Below are positions 44,038 to 56,865 of a stretch of DNA of 64,000 bases, one piece after another. The position numbers were made by a program, and so were the translations under genes. The stretch is taken from NCBI RefSeq assembly GCF_018350175.1, contig NC_058369.1, positions 5,148,001-5,212,000 on the forward strand. Reading direction: 5' to 3'. Within the stretch, counting starts at the first letter, position 1. Each line of letters begins with the position of its first letter. Below the pieces are notes generated by a model, which was given only the letters and a program-made list of their open reading frames with translations, made no database searches and was not told where the DNA came from. The stretch comes from Felis catus. Its lineage: Eukaryota.

Positions 44038-45687
44038 GTATAGAGGACCTGCTTTTCTTTATGTAGCTACTCAATTAATTAACAACCACCTCACTTGATG
44101 ATCCTGTGAGGTTAGAGACAATATTCTTCATTTTGGGGGTGAGAAAATTTAGGCTCAGACCATTGAAGTAACTTCCCCCAAAAGACACAGCTATTAAGTA
44201 GAAGAGCCAGGATTGGAACTCCACTCAAGGGTCTACACTGCGTGCAGCAGTGGGTCAGACAATAGTTGAGAGCAATGGCAGGGTGGGGGGTGCTGTGTCC
44301 CATGAGCAATAACTTTCAAGGGGGATCCTGGAAATGCCTGGAAACATTTTTGATGGTCACAACTGGTGGTGGCGATGGGCTCCTCTTGTCTAGTGAGGAG
44401 AGGTCACAGATGCTGCTAAACACCTTACAATGCACAGAACAGCTTCCCTACATCCAAAAATACTCTGGCCCCAGATGTCTTTAGTTCTGAGACAGAGAAA
44501 CTGCGTGATAGGGTGAGCTCAGACTCAAACTTCAGAATTTTTTCTAAATTGTATTTGATTCTAGACCTCCGGGTTACCCTCAACCCCTACCCCATGCCTT
44601 CCATACTAAGTCAGTCATCATAGCTTGGGGAATTTACCTGCTAAACATGTCTTGAATCTCTCCATTCTTCCTCATGCTTGGTTCGGGCTTCATCATTAGT
44701 TTAGCAGCGTCCTCACTGGGCTTGTCCTTCCTCCCTTCTTGTCCCCTCGAATCCATCCTCCCAAACTGCAGCCAGAATTTGCTCACAAGAAGCAAGGGCT
44801 CCATCTCCCTGCATCTGGTTCAGAACTATTGTTCTCCATGCTCGTTTGTAGGGAAGGTGACACCATCAAGCAAGGCATGGAGTGATCCAGCCCTTATCAC
44901 ATCCCCTGGGCTTGGAGTCAGAGATATTTGAGATCATCTCTGATTTTTCTGATACATTTATAGCAGTAGCTGTTGCTGAAAAACAGATTACCCTGAAAGT
45001 CAGTGGCTAGAGACAAGCACCATATACGTGGTTTGTGTTCTGTGCATTGGAAGTTTAGGTTGGGCTCTGCTGGCCACTTGCTTGCGTCTGTACTGGGCTT
45101 GTTCGTGTGTCTGTGGTCAGCTGTGAGTCAGCTTGCTCATCTCGGCTGGGCTGCCTCACATGTCGGGGGCTCCTGTGGGTGATCCATCTCTCTTCCACCT
45201 TGTCTCTCATTCTTCATTAGGTGAGTTAGGGCTTATTCATGTGGCAGAAGCAAGGGGCTTAAAGAATGAGCAGAAGCAAATAAGTCTCTAGAAATCTAAG
45301 ACTTGGAACTGGCACGACATCATTTCTGCTGTGTTCTTTTGGCCAGTGAAAGTCACAGGCCAGATTCAAGCTGGATTCGAGGTGTGGGGAAACAAGCTCC
45401 CATCATAGAGGAGGAGTGGCAAAGTCACACTGCACCGCACCATCTGCATCCCATGGTGTGGGTGCAGGGAGGAGTAAAGGAGCACAGCCATTCTATGTTC
45501 ATCTGTTTTGGAGCTATTCACCACCCTCCACTTATATATTTTGGGTCAGAATTTATTCTCGTGGCCAAGTCTAAGTGTAAGGGAGATGAGGAGTAAGGGG
45601 AGAACATGCACAATGAGTATCTGTTTGCAGTCTCCTATTCTCATTTCTTCATCTGCTTTGTCTTGGGTTTTCATTTCCACTGACCAG

Positions 45688-45834
45688 ACGTGGATGAATG
45701 TGCTGACCCTGCAACTTGCCCGGAGCACGCAACTTGTCACAACAGTCCTGGAAGCTACTCTTGTGTCTGCAACCTAGGATTTGAATCCAGCAGTGGAAAC
45801 ATGAGCTTCCAGGACCCAGGAGAGACATGTGAAG
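45688..45834 (+). CDS. ADGRE1: EGF4 exon, copy 3
   Basis: Intact AG/GT; ends GNMSFQDPGETCE versus GNMSLQGPGDTCE in copies 1 and 2. Confidence 0.92.
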
Positions 45835-47322
45835 GTCGGTGGGAAGGGTTTGTTGGGGAACCAGGTCCAAGTCTGCATGCAAAGACAGCATTGGTGGGTG
45901 ATGGGTCAGGATGAGTGGGGGCTGAGCTGAAGGACCTCATCTGCTAAGCTGATGCCAAAAATTGCTCATCCATTCACTCATGCACTCATTCAACAAATAC
46001 TTCCTGAGCACCTACTATATGCCAGGCACTCTTCTAGAGCTGGTGGATACAGCACCAAATCACATAGGCAAAACGATTTGTTCTCCTAGAACTCATCATC
46101 TAGGGTTAAGGGAGATAGATAGCAAAATAAATTCATGGCCATATGTGTGCCAGGAGTATCTGAAAGAAATAAAGATAAATAAGGCAGGAAAGGTGCACAG
46201 GCAGCGCTGGGAGTAGGGGTCAACTTTTAGTAGAGTGAGTGGTAAAGAAAGGCCACAGTGAAAAGTTGATACTTGAGAAAAGATGTGAAGGATATGAGGG
46301 AGTGAGATATTGGGTATCTGGGGAAGGGTGTTCCAGGAGGAGGGAACCACAGATACAAAGGTCTGGAGGCAGGATCCCAGCCAAGGTGCTAAGCTCTTCC
46401 GGACATGTACGCATTTTCTGCCCAACAGCCTGATGGTATTAGTGGTGTTTTATGCCCATTTCATAGATGAGGAACCTGAGCCTCCATCGTGGTAAAAGAA
46501 CTCTTCCACGGCCAAACAGCTAGGAAGTAGGGGAGTCAGGATCTGAACTGGCCATCATTGACTTGAGTCCAAATTTCCAGATTCTGACTCAAGACCACCT
46601 GGGAAGCTGTCATCTAAGAAGTCCAGAACCAGACTGAACCTGATTTTAAATCCTGGTGTGCCTTTCATAGGCTGTGTGACTCTGCACAATTGTGATGCCT
46701 CAGTTTCCTCATCAGAAAAATGGAAGCAATGTTAGTGTGCACCTCACAGGGCTGCCGTGAGCATTCCTTGAGCAGGTGCATGTAAGGGATGTTCCTCAGT
46801 GTCTGTCACAATAATGTCAACATATTTGCAGTTAATTGTTTATTTTAGCTAACAAGTACTTACCTCATACTTGTTATTCTCCAGACTTCGCTCTGAGTCC
46901 TTCCCAGATGACACCTTATTCAATGCTCAAACAACCCTATGGGGGAAGTAGTATTATTATCCCTGTCTGACAGATGAGGGCACTGAGACACACAGAGGTG
47001 AACTATCTTGCCCAGTGCATTGTCAGCTCAGGGCCACCAGAACAAAACACTGCAGACAGGGTGGTTTCAACATTGAGATCTATTTTCCCTCCATTTTGGA
47101 GGCTGGAAGTCTGAGACCCCAGCTGGGTTCTGGAGAGGGTTGTCCTCCTTGCTTCCATATGACTGCCTTCATTCTGGGGTCATGGACAGTGAGTTCTGAT
47201 TTCTCTCCCTCTTTTTATGGGTACTAATCCCATCTTTTTTAAAGTTTATTTAGTTGTTTTTGAGAGAAAGAGAGAGAGAGATCACAGTAGGAGCAGAGGG
47301 GGAGAGAGAGAGGAAGAGAGCG

Positions 47323-47372
<50 letters not shown>

Positions 47373-48133
47373 CCCAAGCAGGCTCCGCACTGACTATACA
47401 GAGCCAGATGCAGGGTTCGAACTCACCAGCTGTGAGATCATGACCTGAACAGAAACCTAGAGTTGTATGCTTAATTGACTGAGCCACCCAGGTGCTCCAG
47501 GGCACTAATCCCATCTTAAGACCTCATCAACCTAATCATCTTGTGAATGCCTTTTGTCCAGATACCATCTCACCGAGTTTTGAGGATGTAATGTATCAAC
47601 CTGGGGCACGTATTTCAGTCCACAGCACCCAGTAACACACAGTCTATAGGGACAGAGCCAAGCTTTGAGTCCAGGCTGTCCATGCTTTGCATCCCTCCTC
47701 TTGGATGCCTCTCAGTCAATTACTGATAACATAGTATTTCTTAGGGGGAGGAATTGAGATTTATCAAGGAACGGGGGCCAGGGAGTTCAAGGCTAGGGAA
47801 CTAACAGTGAGCCTTCCTGGACCTACAGGTAATCAGTGAATCTGGATCAGGACTTACTAAGGGATTAGCAAGGAAAGATGAGTTAGGTGAGCTTAGGTGG
47901 GTCCAAACTCTCAGAGTCCTAAAGAGGAGTTTGGATTTTATCCCGAAGTGTGGAGAGCCTCATCAAAAGATTTGTGTGGGTCACATCCTGGCTCTTTGCA
48001 CTTCCTTTCAGCAGTGTTTAAGAGGGTGCGAGCAGAGCCAGGGAGACCTGCTGGCTTCAGTCAGGATGGGGCTGTGCACTGCCATGGCCTCAGCATCCTT
48101 TATCCATTTGACTCAGCCTAGTTTTCTGCTTAG

Positions 48134-48270
48134 ATGTGGACGAATGTGCCAGGAACTCAACTTTTTGTGGCCTCAGCTCAGTGTGTACCAACACCCCGGG
48201 GGAATACCATTGCTCCTGCCTGCCTGAGTTCTTTTTCACCTTTCTGCTTGTTCATGACTCTGTGGGTTGA
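48134..48270 (+). pseudogene. EGF5 copy 3, disrupted exon
   Basis: Acceptor intact; ~119-nt deletion at ~48241 removes the sixth Cys and the donor; reads DVDECARNSTFCGLSSVCTNTPGEYHCSCLPEFFFTFLLVHDSVG* (TGA 48268-48270). Confidence 0.9.
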
Positions 48271-49057
48271 CTGCATGGTTTGGGGGGGGGGTGCGCAATA
48301 GGATGGCTGGGAGGTCCAAAATGGCCTCACTTACATGGCTGGTAGTGGGTGCTGGTCTCTGGGTGGGAGCTCAGCTGGGCCCCTCGGTTTCCCTCATGGG
48401 CCCTTCCTCATGGTTGCTTGGGCTTCCTGGGGACATGGCAGCTGGTTTCCAGGAAGGGAAGCTGCAAGAGGAAGAAAGCAGAACCTGTGGGTTCTTGTAA
48501 GGCCTGGGCTTAGAAGTGCCAGAATGTTCCTTCTGTTGTATTCTCCTGGTCACAGTCATGGGGCCAGCCGACAGGCAAAGGAAGGGGAAATCGACTCCCC
48601 AAATCTCTGGGCAAGCAACAAGTACACGCAGGAAATGAAAGAATTGGTGGGGGTCATCTTTGGAGGATCTAACATACTGCAGAGCACGTTTTATATTCTT
48701 CAACCTCCTGGGGAAACGCACACTTCTTGTCATTACACATGTTGTATTTCTTTTCACCTTGATGTTCACCAGCTACTGACATTCTTGTAGGCAGAACAAT
48801 AGTGAGGCAAATTTGAAAGGGACCTTAGAGGTAGATTAATACAGCACTGTGGGTTCTTCGGAATCTCTTCAGAGCCCCTGTTTCGGTCAGATTATCATCT
48901 CTCTTATTTGTCTTACCTCCTAAATAGGTTTCACTTTGCAGGAAGTGAAAGCTTTCTTCAGCCAAAAAGTTGTGAAAATCATATGCCTAGTCCAGTTCCA
49001 TTTGCAAAATATAAATTCCATTTATGCTGTTTTTAAGAAGCATTCGTTCATTCCTTT

Positions 49058-49274
49058 AAAGTTAATTTATTTTAGAGAAAGAGGGAGAGAGAGAGAGAGA
49101 GAGAGAGAAAGCATGAGTCGGGGAAGGGCAGAGAGGGAGAGAGAGAATCCCAAGCAGGCTCTGCACTGTCAGCGTAGCGCCCCATGTGGGGCTCTAACTC
49201 ACAAACTGTGAGATCATGACCTGACCTGAAATCAAGAGTTGGATGCTTATCCAACTGAGCCACCCAGACGCCCC
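49058..49274 (-). mobile_element. SINEC
   Basis: Antisense SINE body ending gagccacccagacgcccc. Confidence 0.85.
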
Positions 49275-50306
49275 ACTGTTTGTGTCGTTTCTGACAAGAG
49301 TTCACCTACCTGATGCTTAAGTGCGTCTACAAGTGGAAGCCCGCTCCTTGGTCAGAGACGTTTCTGTGATACCAGGAGGAGAATCACTTCCCCATACCTC
49401 CCAACCATGGGTCATTTTCCTGTCCTTCGAGACCTCCAAGTTAGTCTGCATTCATCCCACAAGGACCTCCCATTCCAGCGCTCCATGGTAACGCCCAGTG
49501 CAACAACCATGTACCTGTGCAAGCCATTAGTGGATGCTGCCTGTTTACCTCTCCTGTTTTGTGAACTGACATAGGAATATGAGAAGTTTTGCCTTTACCT
49601 CCCTCCTGATTATTTTTTTTTCCCAGGACATTCTATTCCATAGATCCCCAGAAATCCCCAGAAGGAGAGGTAATCCCATGTTGCCACAGTAAACTGGCCA
49701 GGGTTCCTCAATGTTGCCACTATTGACGTTCTGGGCCAGATGGCTCTTTGTGGTGGAGGGCTGTCCTGTGCACTAGATCATAGTAGTACACCCCCCTCCC
49801 CCAGCCCAGTCATGACAACCAAAGATGTCTCCAGACATTGTCCAATGTCCCCTGGAGGGGGTCGGGGTGCAAACTGCCCTCAGTTGAGAACCACTAGCTA
49901 AATATAATAGCAAGTGCTGACTTTCATAACCATCCAATATAGATGCATCTGGCCAGTGGGCAGATTTTCTCCACGTGGTGATATAGGGATCCATTTCCTT
50001 ACATCCGTTGGTCCTTATATGCCTTGTGGCTTTGGAATCCCTGGTTCAGCCAGTGGTGGGGAAAGAGGGAGAAGGCACACCCACTTTGTAACCATCTCAG
50101 CCCAGAAGTGGCAAATGTACTTGCTCACATTCCATAAGTGAAAACTAGTCCCATGGCCCCAACCTGGATGCAGAAGGTTCTGGGAAATGTTGTCCCTGGT
50201 TGGGTCACCATTTTTTTTTTTTTTGGTGACAACTCTATGCTTTGTAAGCATAACTTTTGCAGGATTTCTAGCCAGCTCCGCCTCATGCCCATTCTCAACC
50301 CTATAG

Positions 50307-50447
50307 ATATTGATGAGTGCCTTTACATCAGCCTTTCCAACGCGACATGCACCAACACCCCTGGGAGCTACTTCTGCACCTGCTCTCCTGGCTTTGCACC
50401 AAGCAACGGACAGCTGAACTTCACAGGCCAAGACGTGGAATGCAGAG
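50307..50447 (+). CDS. ADGRE1: EGF6 exon (141 nt), only 5 Cys
   Basis: tatag|ATATT...CAGAG|gtgag; DIDECLYISLSNATCTNTPGSYFCTCSPGFAPSNGQLNFTGQDVECR. Confidence 0.9.
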
Positions 50448-50532
50448 GTGAGAAGAGGGGTTCCTGGCTCTCCCTGGAAAGAAGTATGTCCTCGTTCTTC
50501 TGGGTTGTTTGACACTCTTGAGTCCTTTGCAG

Positions 50533-50670
50533 ATATCGATGAGTGCTCCCAGGACCCATCACCATGTGGCCCCAGTTCTGTCTGCACCAATGCCCCGGGC
50601 TCCTACAGCTGTAGCTGCATTGAGGGCTTTCGTCCTGATCCAGAAGGCTTCTTCAACTTCAACTGCAAAA
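50533..50670 (+). CDS. ADGRE1: EGF7 exon (138 nt)
   Basis: tgcag|ATATC...CAAAA|gtaat; DIDECSQDPSPCGPSSVCTNAPGSYSCSCIEGFRPDPEGFFNFNCK; 85-nt intron upstream. Confidence 0.93.
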
Positions 50671-51299
50671 GTAATTGTCTCTTTGTGCCTCTCAGCAGTG
50701 GAATCTGCATCCTGGTTTGGTTGTAAACCCTTCCATCCACCCAACCTCTGGATCCTCCTTTTACCTTCGCTTCATCCTCAATCCTCTCTTTCTCATTTAT
50801 TCATTCACTCACAGATTGATTCACTCATTCGATAAATTATTTGGGGGGGGGGCATCTATTAATTAGTCAAACAGGCCCCTGCACTAGGTCCTGAGAATTC
50901 AATCCTGAATGTAATGATGTATGTAGAGCACACACACATAATCACGTAATAACCAAAATCAGCGTGGCAATTGAACAATCATAGTGTACTTTGGAATGAG
51001 TAATGAGATATTTAACATGCTATGGGCAAGTGATATTTAAGCTGAAGCTTGAAGCAAGAGTAGGAATTATCCAGATGATGAGTGGATATCTGAGTGGTCC
51101 AGCTTGTGGCATGTGCAAAGGCCCTGAAGCATTAGGTATACCTAAGGAGGTGGGAAGAGTTCAGGTCCTGCAGGAACTGGTGAGCCATGTGAAGAATTTT
51201 GAAGGTTTGGGGGGTTTTCTGTTTGTTTGTTTTCTTTCTTTTCTTTCTTTTTTTTCTTTTTCTTTTTTTGCTGAGAACAATGGGAAACTGAACAGCTTG

Positions 51300-51748
51300 A
51301 TTTTTTTATTGAAAAAATGTTTTAGTGTTTATTTTTTTTTATTTTTTTAACATCTATTTATTTTTGAGACAGAGAGAGACAGAGCATGAATGGGGGAGGG
51401 ACAGAGAGAGAGGGAGACACAGAATGGGAAGCAGGCTCCAGGCTCTGAGCCATCAGCCCAGAGCCCAACGCAGGGCTCGAACTCACGGACCGCGAGATCG
51501 TGACCTGAGCTGAAGTCAGACGCTTAACTGACAGAGCCACCCAGGTGCCCCTGTTTATTTTTGACAGAGAGAGAGCACACACATGAATGGGGGAGGGGCA
51601 GAGAGAGAGGGAGACACAGAATCTGAAGCAGGCTCCAGGCTCTGAGCTGTCAGCACAGAGCCCGACGCGGGGCTCGAATTCACAGACTGTGAGTTCATGA
51701 CCTGAGTCGAAGTTGGATACTCAACCAACTGAGCCACCCAGGTGCCCC
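51300..51748 (-). mobile_element. SINEC (51337-51551) nested in the tail of another SINEC
   Basis: Inner TSD tgtttattttt at 51326 and 51552; outer TSD aacagctt at 51291 and 51749. Confidence 0.85.
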
Positions 51749-52230
51749 AACAGCTTAATTTTTTTAATTGTAGATTACTTGATACGTTAAAGATAGAGGT
51801 AGTTTATATGGAGGCAATGAAGTATAATATGTATAATATTATACAATAATAGTGTGTCAACATGAGAGCTAAGATCTCATCAATTTCGTGTGTTTCATGC
51901 ATGTTCCTTCCCTATTTCATCTTCCCTACTCCTCCCCAGAAAGGACCACTTGGAACTTTGTATTCATAATTCCCCTACTTTAAAAAAAAATGACCTCCGT
52001 GTACATATCCCTAAACAATACTTTGTTTAGTTTTGTTTGCTTTGGAGCTCTATAAAGGTGGCATCGTGCTCTGTGTCGTCTTTTCCGACTTGCTCTTTTC
52101 ACTCAGTATCCTGCTTCTCAGAGTCCGTGGTGTTTCTGCCTGTAGCTGTGGTTTGCTCATTTCCGCTGTCATGTAATATGGTGACGAATAGATTTTAGGC
52201 AGGGGGATAATGAAATCAGACTTGTCTTTT

Positions 52231-52452
52231 TTTTTTTTAATTTTTTTTTCAACGTTTATTTATTTTTGGGACAGAGAGAGACAGAGCATGAACGGGTGAG
52301 GGGCAGAGAGAGAGGGAGACACAGAATCGGAAACAGGCTCCAGGCTCTGAGCCATCAGCCCAGAGCCCGATGCGGGGCTGGAACTCACGGACCGCGAGAT
52401 TGTGACCTGGCTGAAGTTGGACGCTCAACCAACTGCGCCACCCAGGCGCCCC
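52231..52452 (-). mobile_element. SINEC_Fc
   Basis: TSD cagacttgtctttt at 52217 and 52453. Confidence 0.92.
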
Positions 52453-52521
52453 CAGACTTGTCTTTTAATCACAGCTTGCTGTGGTTGAGCTTTGACTTGG
52501 TAGCTTTCGTTTCCTTCCTAG

Positions 52522-52610
52522 GGATTCCCTTCAAGTGTAAAGAAGATGTGATACCCAACAACGAGTGGGTCCAGCAATGCCAAGTGGGAGAAGCACTGAT
52601 GGCTGAATAT
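52522..52610 (+). CDS. ADGRE1: Stalk exon 1 (89 nt)
   Basis: cctag|GGATT...GAATAT|gtaagt; RIPFKCKEDVIPNNEWVQQCQVGEALMAEY. Confidence 0.93.
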
Positions 52611-53258
52611 GTAAGTATTTTTGAAGCTTCCTAGCTCTTGAGGTTCCTAGAAGAGCTTCTAGCCTAGAAGTCACTCAAGTAGGATGTTGTTTTGCAGCTT
52701 TCACAAAGGCCAAAATAACAGTGGCCTAAATCGTATAGCAGTTTACTTCTCTCTCTGTAACAATCTGGGTGTCAGCTGTGGAGAGTTGATATGATGGTTC
52801 TGCAAATGCTCTGCCATCAGCAACACCAGCCCTCCCACTTTGTGGTCCAAGATGGCTGCTCCAGCCCCTGCCATCACGTCTGCATTCCAGCTGGTGGGCA
52901 GGGGGGAAGGTGAGGTGAAAGACATAGTTCTTCTCTTTAAGGGTATAACCCCGTATGACTTCTGCTTACACCTACCTTCAAGGAAAGCTGAGAAGGGAGG
53001 ACATTTATCTAAAACTTGGGAATTCTTTTCCAAATAGAAGAAGGGATGTTGGAGTCTCGTTACCAGTGAAGGTGCTGTGTCTGTGTGATATGGGAGGAGA
53101 GATGCACAGCCCCTGGGCCAGGCATAAAGGAATTTGGATATCCTGATTCTCTAACGAAGTTGTTCCAGTGGTCAAAGTCTCCATGAACATCTTCAGGAAT
53201 TGACGTGATAATTTTCAATATGAGCTTATAAATTAGCTTTCAAATTTCCCTGCACTTT

Positions 53259-53483
53259 TTAAAAAATTTTTTTAATGTTTATTTATTTTTGAGACAGAGA
53301 GAGAGAGAGAGAGAGAGCACGAGCAGGGGAGGGGCAGAAAGAGAGGGAGCCACAGAATCCGAAGCAGGCTCCAGGCTCCGAGCTGTCAGCACAGAGCCCG
53401 ACGCGGGGCTCGAACCCAGAAACCGCAAGATCATGACCTGAGCCTAAGTCGACACTTAACCTACTGAGCCACTCAGGTGCCCC
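53259..53483 (-). mobile_element. SINEC
   Basis: Antisense body; imperfect TSD aaatttccctgcacttt / aaattcccatgcacttt. Confidence 0.88.
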
Positions 53484-54204
53484 AAAATTCCCATGCACTT
53501 TGGACCAATGTTATTTTTTGGAAGAATTTAGGTGATTTAGAAATTTAGATGAAATACACCTAAAAATTGACCATTCTTCCCACTTTTAAGTGTACAAATG
53601 AGTGGCATTCAGTATATTCACAATGGTGTGCAACCACCAGTACCGTCTCTCAGACATTTTTATCCCCTCAAAAGAAACCTGTCCCCAGCAACATTGCTCT
53701 CCAACTCCTCCTGTGCCCAGGTCTTGGTAAACAGTAATCTGCTCTCTGTGTCCATCAGTTTCTGCATCCTGGATATTTCCTATAAATGTAATCACAGAAT
53801 ACGTGGGGTTTTGTGTGCGGCTTCCCTCATTGAGCACGATGTTTTCAAGGTTCGTCCACATTGTAGCAGATGCCAATGCTTCACTCCTTTTTGTGGCTGA
53901 ATAATACTCCTTTTGGACCACTGGGGTTTACTCACACATTTCCCCCATCTTTGACCCCACAAAGTAGTTTTGCTGTTTCTTCCCATTTGCTCCTTTTGTT
54001 CACAGAAGAAAAAGGTACTGTGGTCCCAGTTCTGCTGAAAAGGCGAGTTTCTATTTTCCTGAGAATTCTAAAGCCTGCTTCTAGCAGCTCTTAAACTTGG
54101 GAGTTTAAGACCACCCATATGGTGGGCTAGATGGCCAATTTGTACTTTACACACTGAAGGATGGATTGATCAGTGCTCACACATGTTCTTCTTCTGGGGC
54201 ACAG

Positions 54205-54288
54205 GGTTCCTTCTGCACACTAATGAATACCACCTTCAGTGTTCTGGACAATGCCTGTGAAAACAAAACCACCGTGGTTTCTCTGAAG
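54205..54288 (+). CDS. ADGRE1: Stalk exon 2 (84 nt)
   Basis: cacag|GGTTC...TGAAG|gtaac; GSFCTLMNTTFSVLDNACENKTTVVSLK. Confidence 0.92.
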
Positions 54289-54514
54289 GTAACAGCAAAG
54301 TCTTCATAATTGTGTTTTCAGCTTCAAACATCTTGGTGGGGGGGGGGACACTTTGGGCACGGAAAGTCCTCTTTAAATGGATTAACATTTAATTTATTAC
54401 AGAATTAATAAATTCTGTATTTTTACAGAATTTGAAACCTGTTTCAAAATTTACCACACAGTAAATTTCAAAATTTACCACACAGTAAAATTCCCTTCTC
54501 TGTCTAGTGAGTTT

Positions 54515-54664
54515 TTTTATTTTTATTTTACTTGTGGGGGGAGGGGCAGAGGGAGAGGGAGAGAATCTCCAGCAGGCTCCACACTTAGTGCAGAGCCTGA
54601 TGCAGGGCTTAATCCCACAACCCTGAGTTGGACACTCAACCAACTGAGCCACCCAGAGACACCC
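54515..54664 (-). mobile_element. Old SINEC, short
   Basis: gcagagggagagggagagaatc...actgagccacccagagacaccc. Confidence 0.7.
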
Positions 54665-55090
54665 AGTTCTATGAGTCTTATCAGCTGAGTGGATTTGGGT
54701 AGCCACCACCACAATCAGAATATAGAACAGTTCCTTTTCCTCCTGAAACATTCCCTTGGGGTTCCCCCAAACATTGTTAGATGTTCTCCCCACCACCGTC
54801 TCCTGTATATCCCTGTCTCTTCTCTGTCGTTGGAGTTTTGTCTTTTCAAGAATGTTATATTAACGGAATCACACAGGATGTGGCTTCTCTCACTCAGCAT
54901 AATGCCTTTGAGATTCATGAAGGTTGTGATCTGTAGTCTCAATTCTTGTTTTTTTTCTGCTATAAACATTCACGTACAGTTTGTGTGTGTGTGTGTCCCT
55001 GATTTTTTGTTTCTCTGGGGTAAATACTTAGAGGTGGGATTACTCAGTCCTTACAATGATAGACTTTAAAAGATTTTCTTAAGATTTTAG

Positions 55091-55194
55091 TTTTTCTTAA
55101 GATTTTATGTTGCTTATGGCTTATGATTAAGATTTTATGTTGCTTATGGCTTTTTCTTAAGATTTTATGTTGCTTATGGCTTATGACTTATGGC
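55091..55194. repeat. 30-bp minisatellite, about 3.5 units
   Basis: (tttttc/ttatga)ttaagattttatgttgcttatggc repeated at 55091, 55121, 55151. Confidence 0.9.
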
Positions 55195-55544
55195 TGTTGT
55201 TTTATTTAAAAATTCAGTTGCTTTTGTACAAAAACAAGAATGATACTTTCCTTTGCAATTTGATTGATTTAAAATTAATTTATTGGGTATAATATAGTTG
55301 TCCATTAAGTGTGCATTCATTCATAAGGTTTTCAGACTGAATTTCCATAAGCAACAAACCTTCTGACAAACTAGGTTAAATTCTCTCATTTTATACTGTG
55401 TTTATGAATATTCTTATCCCCCCCCCACCAAATTTTGAATACCTAATGAGGAATATTTACAGAGCTAAAAGGCAAAGTCATTATGCCCTCGAGGGATTTA
55501 TAAATCCAATCAACCAAATGTATACATATAATAATTCATATTTT

Positions 55545-55758
55545 TAAATTTTTTTAACGTTTATTTATTTTTGAGACAGAGAGAGACAGAGCATGCACGG
55601 GGGAGGGGCAGAGAGAGAGGGAGACACAGAATCGGAAACAGGCTCCAGGCTCTGAGCCATCAGCCCAGAGCCCGACGCGGGGCTCGAACCCACGGACCGC
55701 AAGATCGTGACCTGAGATGAAGTCGGACACTTAACCGACTGCACCACCCAGGTGCCCC
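55545..55758 (-). mobile_element. SINEC_Fc
   Basis: TSD aataattcatatttttaaat on both sides. Confidence 0.9.
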
Positions 55759-56089
55759 AATAATTCATATTTTTAAATGTTCAAAACCATTTATCAACAG
55801 CCACATTCTCTGAAATTGTTCATATGAAACACATATTCATCTCACATCTAAATGCTTTAGGCAGCGAACTCTCGTGGTTAATCAGTTAGTTTCTCTAACA
55901 TAAGGAACTGCTCCAAACCCCTTCAACACCCCCTTCTCAGAGTATGACAAAGATGGAAAAACTTTGTAAATAAAGCACAGAAGTGATAACCCCGTGGAGT
56001 TTTAGTTTGCCTACTAATTTTTTGCTTTCCCAAGGAAATGAAATCACCTTCCCAGCCAACAATAGATTTCACATTTTGAAGGGGGGGTT

Positions 56090-56315
56090 TTTTTAAATTT
56101 TTTTTACATTTATTTATGTATTTTTGAGAGACAGAGACAGAGCATGAGCAGGGGAAGGGCAGAGAGAGAGGGAGACACAGAATCCAAATCAGGCTCCAGG
56201 CTCTGAACTGTCAGCACAGAGCCCAATGAGGGGCTCGAACTCATGAACCATGAGATCATGACCTGAGCCGAAGTTGGACACTTAAGCTTAACTGACTGAG
56301 CCACCCGGGCCCCCC
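56090..56315 (-). mobile_element. SINEC
   Basis: Antisense SINE body with T-rich tail. Confidence 0.88.
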
Positions 56316-56823
56316 TCGAAGGGAGTTTTAAGATCTCCTCAACCATAGAATTGAAGACCACATTTTCCCAGGATGATTCTACCTGACACTTTTCTGTATG
56401 TCGGTGGGGACGGACCCCAAACTCACCTGGCATATGGTTACGTCCTGTTTCTCCAGAACAAACGTCTCAAGTTATACCATCATCCATGTTTAACTGAAAT
56501 TCTTTTCATGTTTTTATTGTCCAATTTGGATAAATAGAAATTGTTATTCCTACTCAGATTTCAGTTAATTTCCTTCCCCATATGACCAGAGTCCATTACT
56601 TTCTTCTTCGTATTTATTAGGTTGTGAATCCTTTTCACATTTTTTTGTTGTTGGGGTCAAAGTCATTGCATAAGCCAGTTTATTGACAATAATCAATAAA
56701 AGGAATTGTATTGACATTAATGTCAATATTATTATTGCTATTTCTTTAACTCTATTCCTCTGACATAATCAATGTTAACATTTGGATGTATAACCATATC
56801 CTTTCACTTTGTGAATGTATGTC

Positions 56824-56825
<2 letters not shown>

Positions 56826-56862
<37 letters not shown>
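56826..56862. repeat. (CA)n microsatellite
   Basis: Direct reading. Confidence 0.95.

Positions 56863-56865
<3 letters not shown>

Noticed and set aside
50015..50590. 191-aa minus-strand ORF
   Set aside because: Antisense shadow of EGF6/EGF7 and intron; no recognisable domain or gene structure.
54441..54490. Short tandem duplication tttcaaaatttaccacacagtaaa
   Set aside because: Two-copy slippage in an intron with no sign of function.
55091..55194. CRISPR-like array
   Set aside because: Head-to-tail minisatellite without unique spacers, in mammalian DNA with no cas genes.
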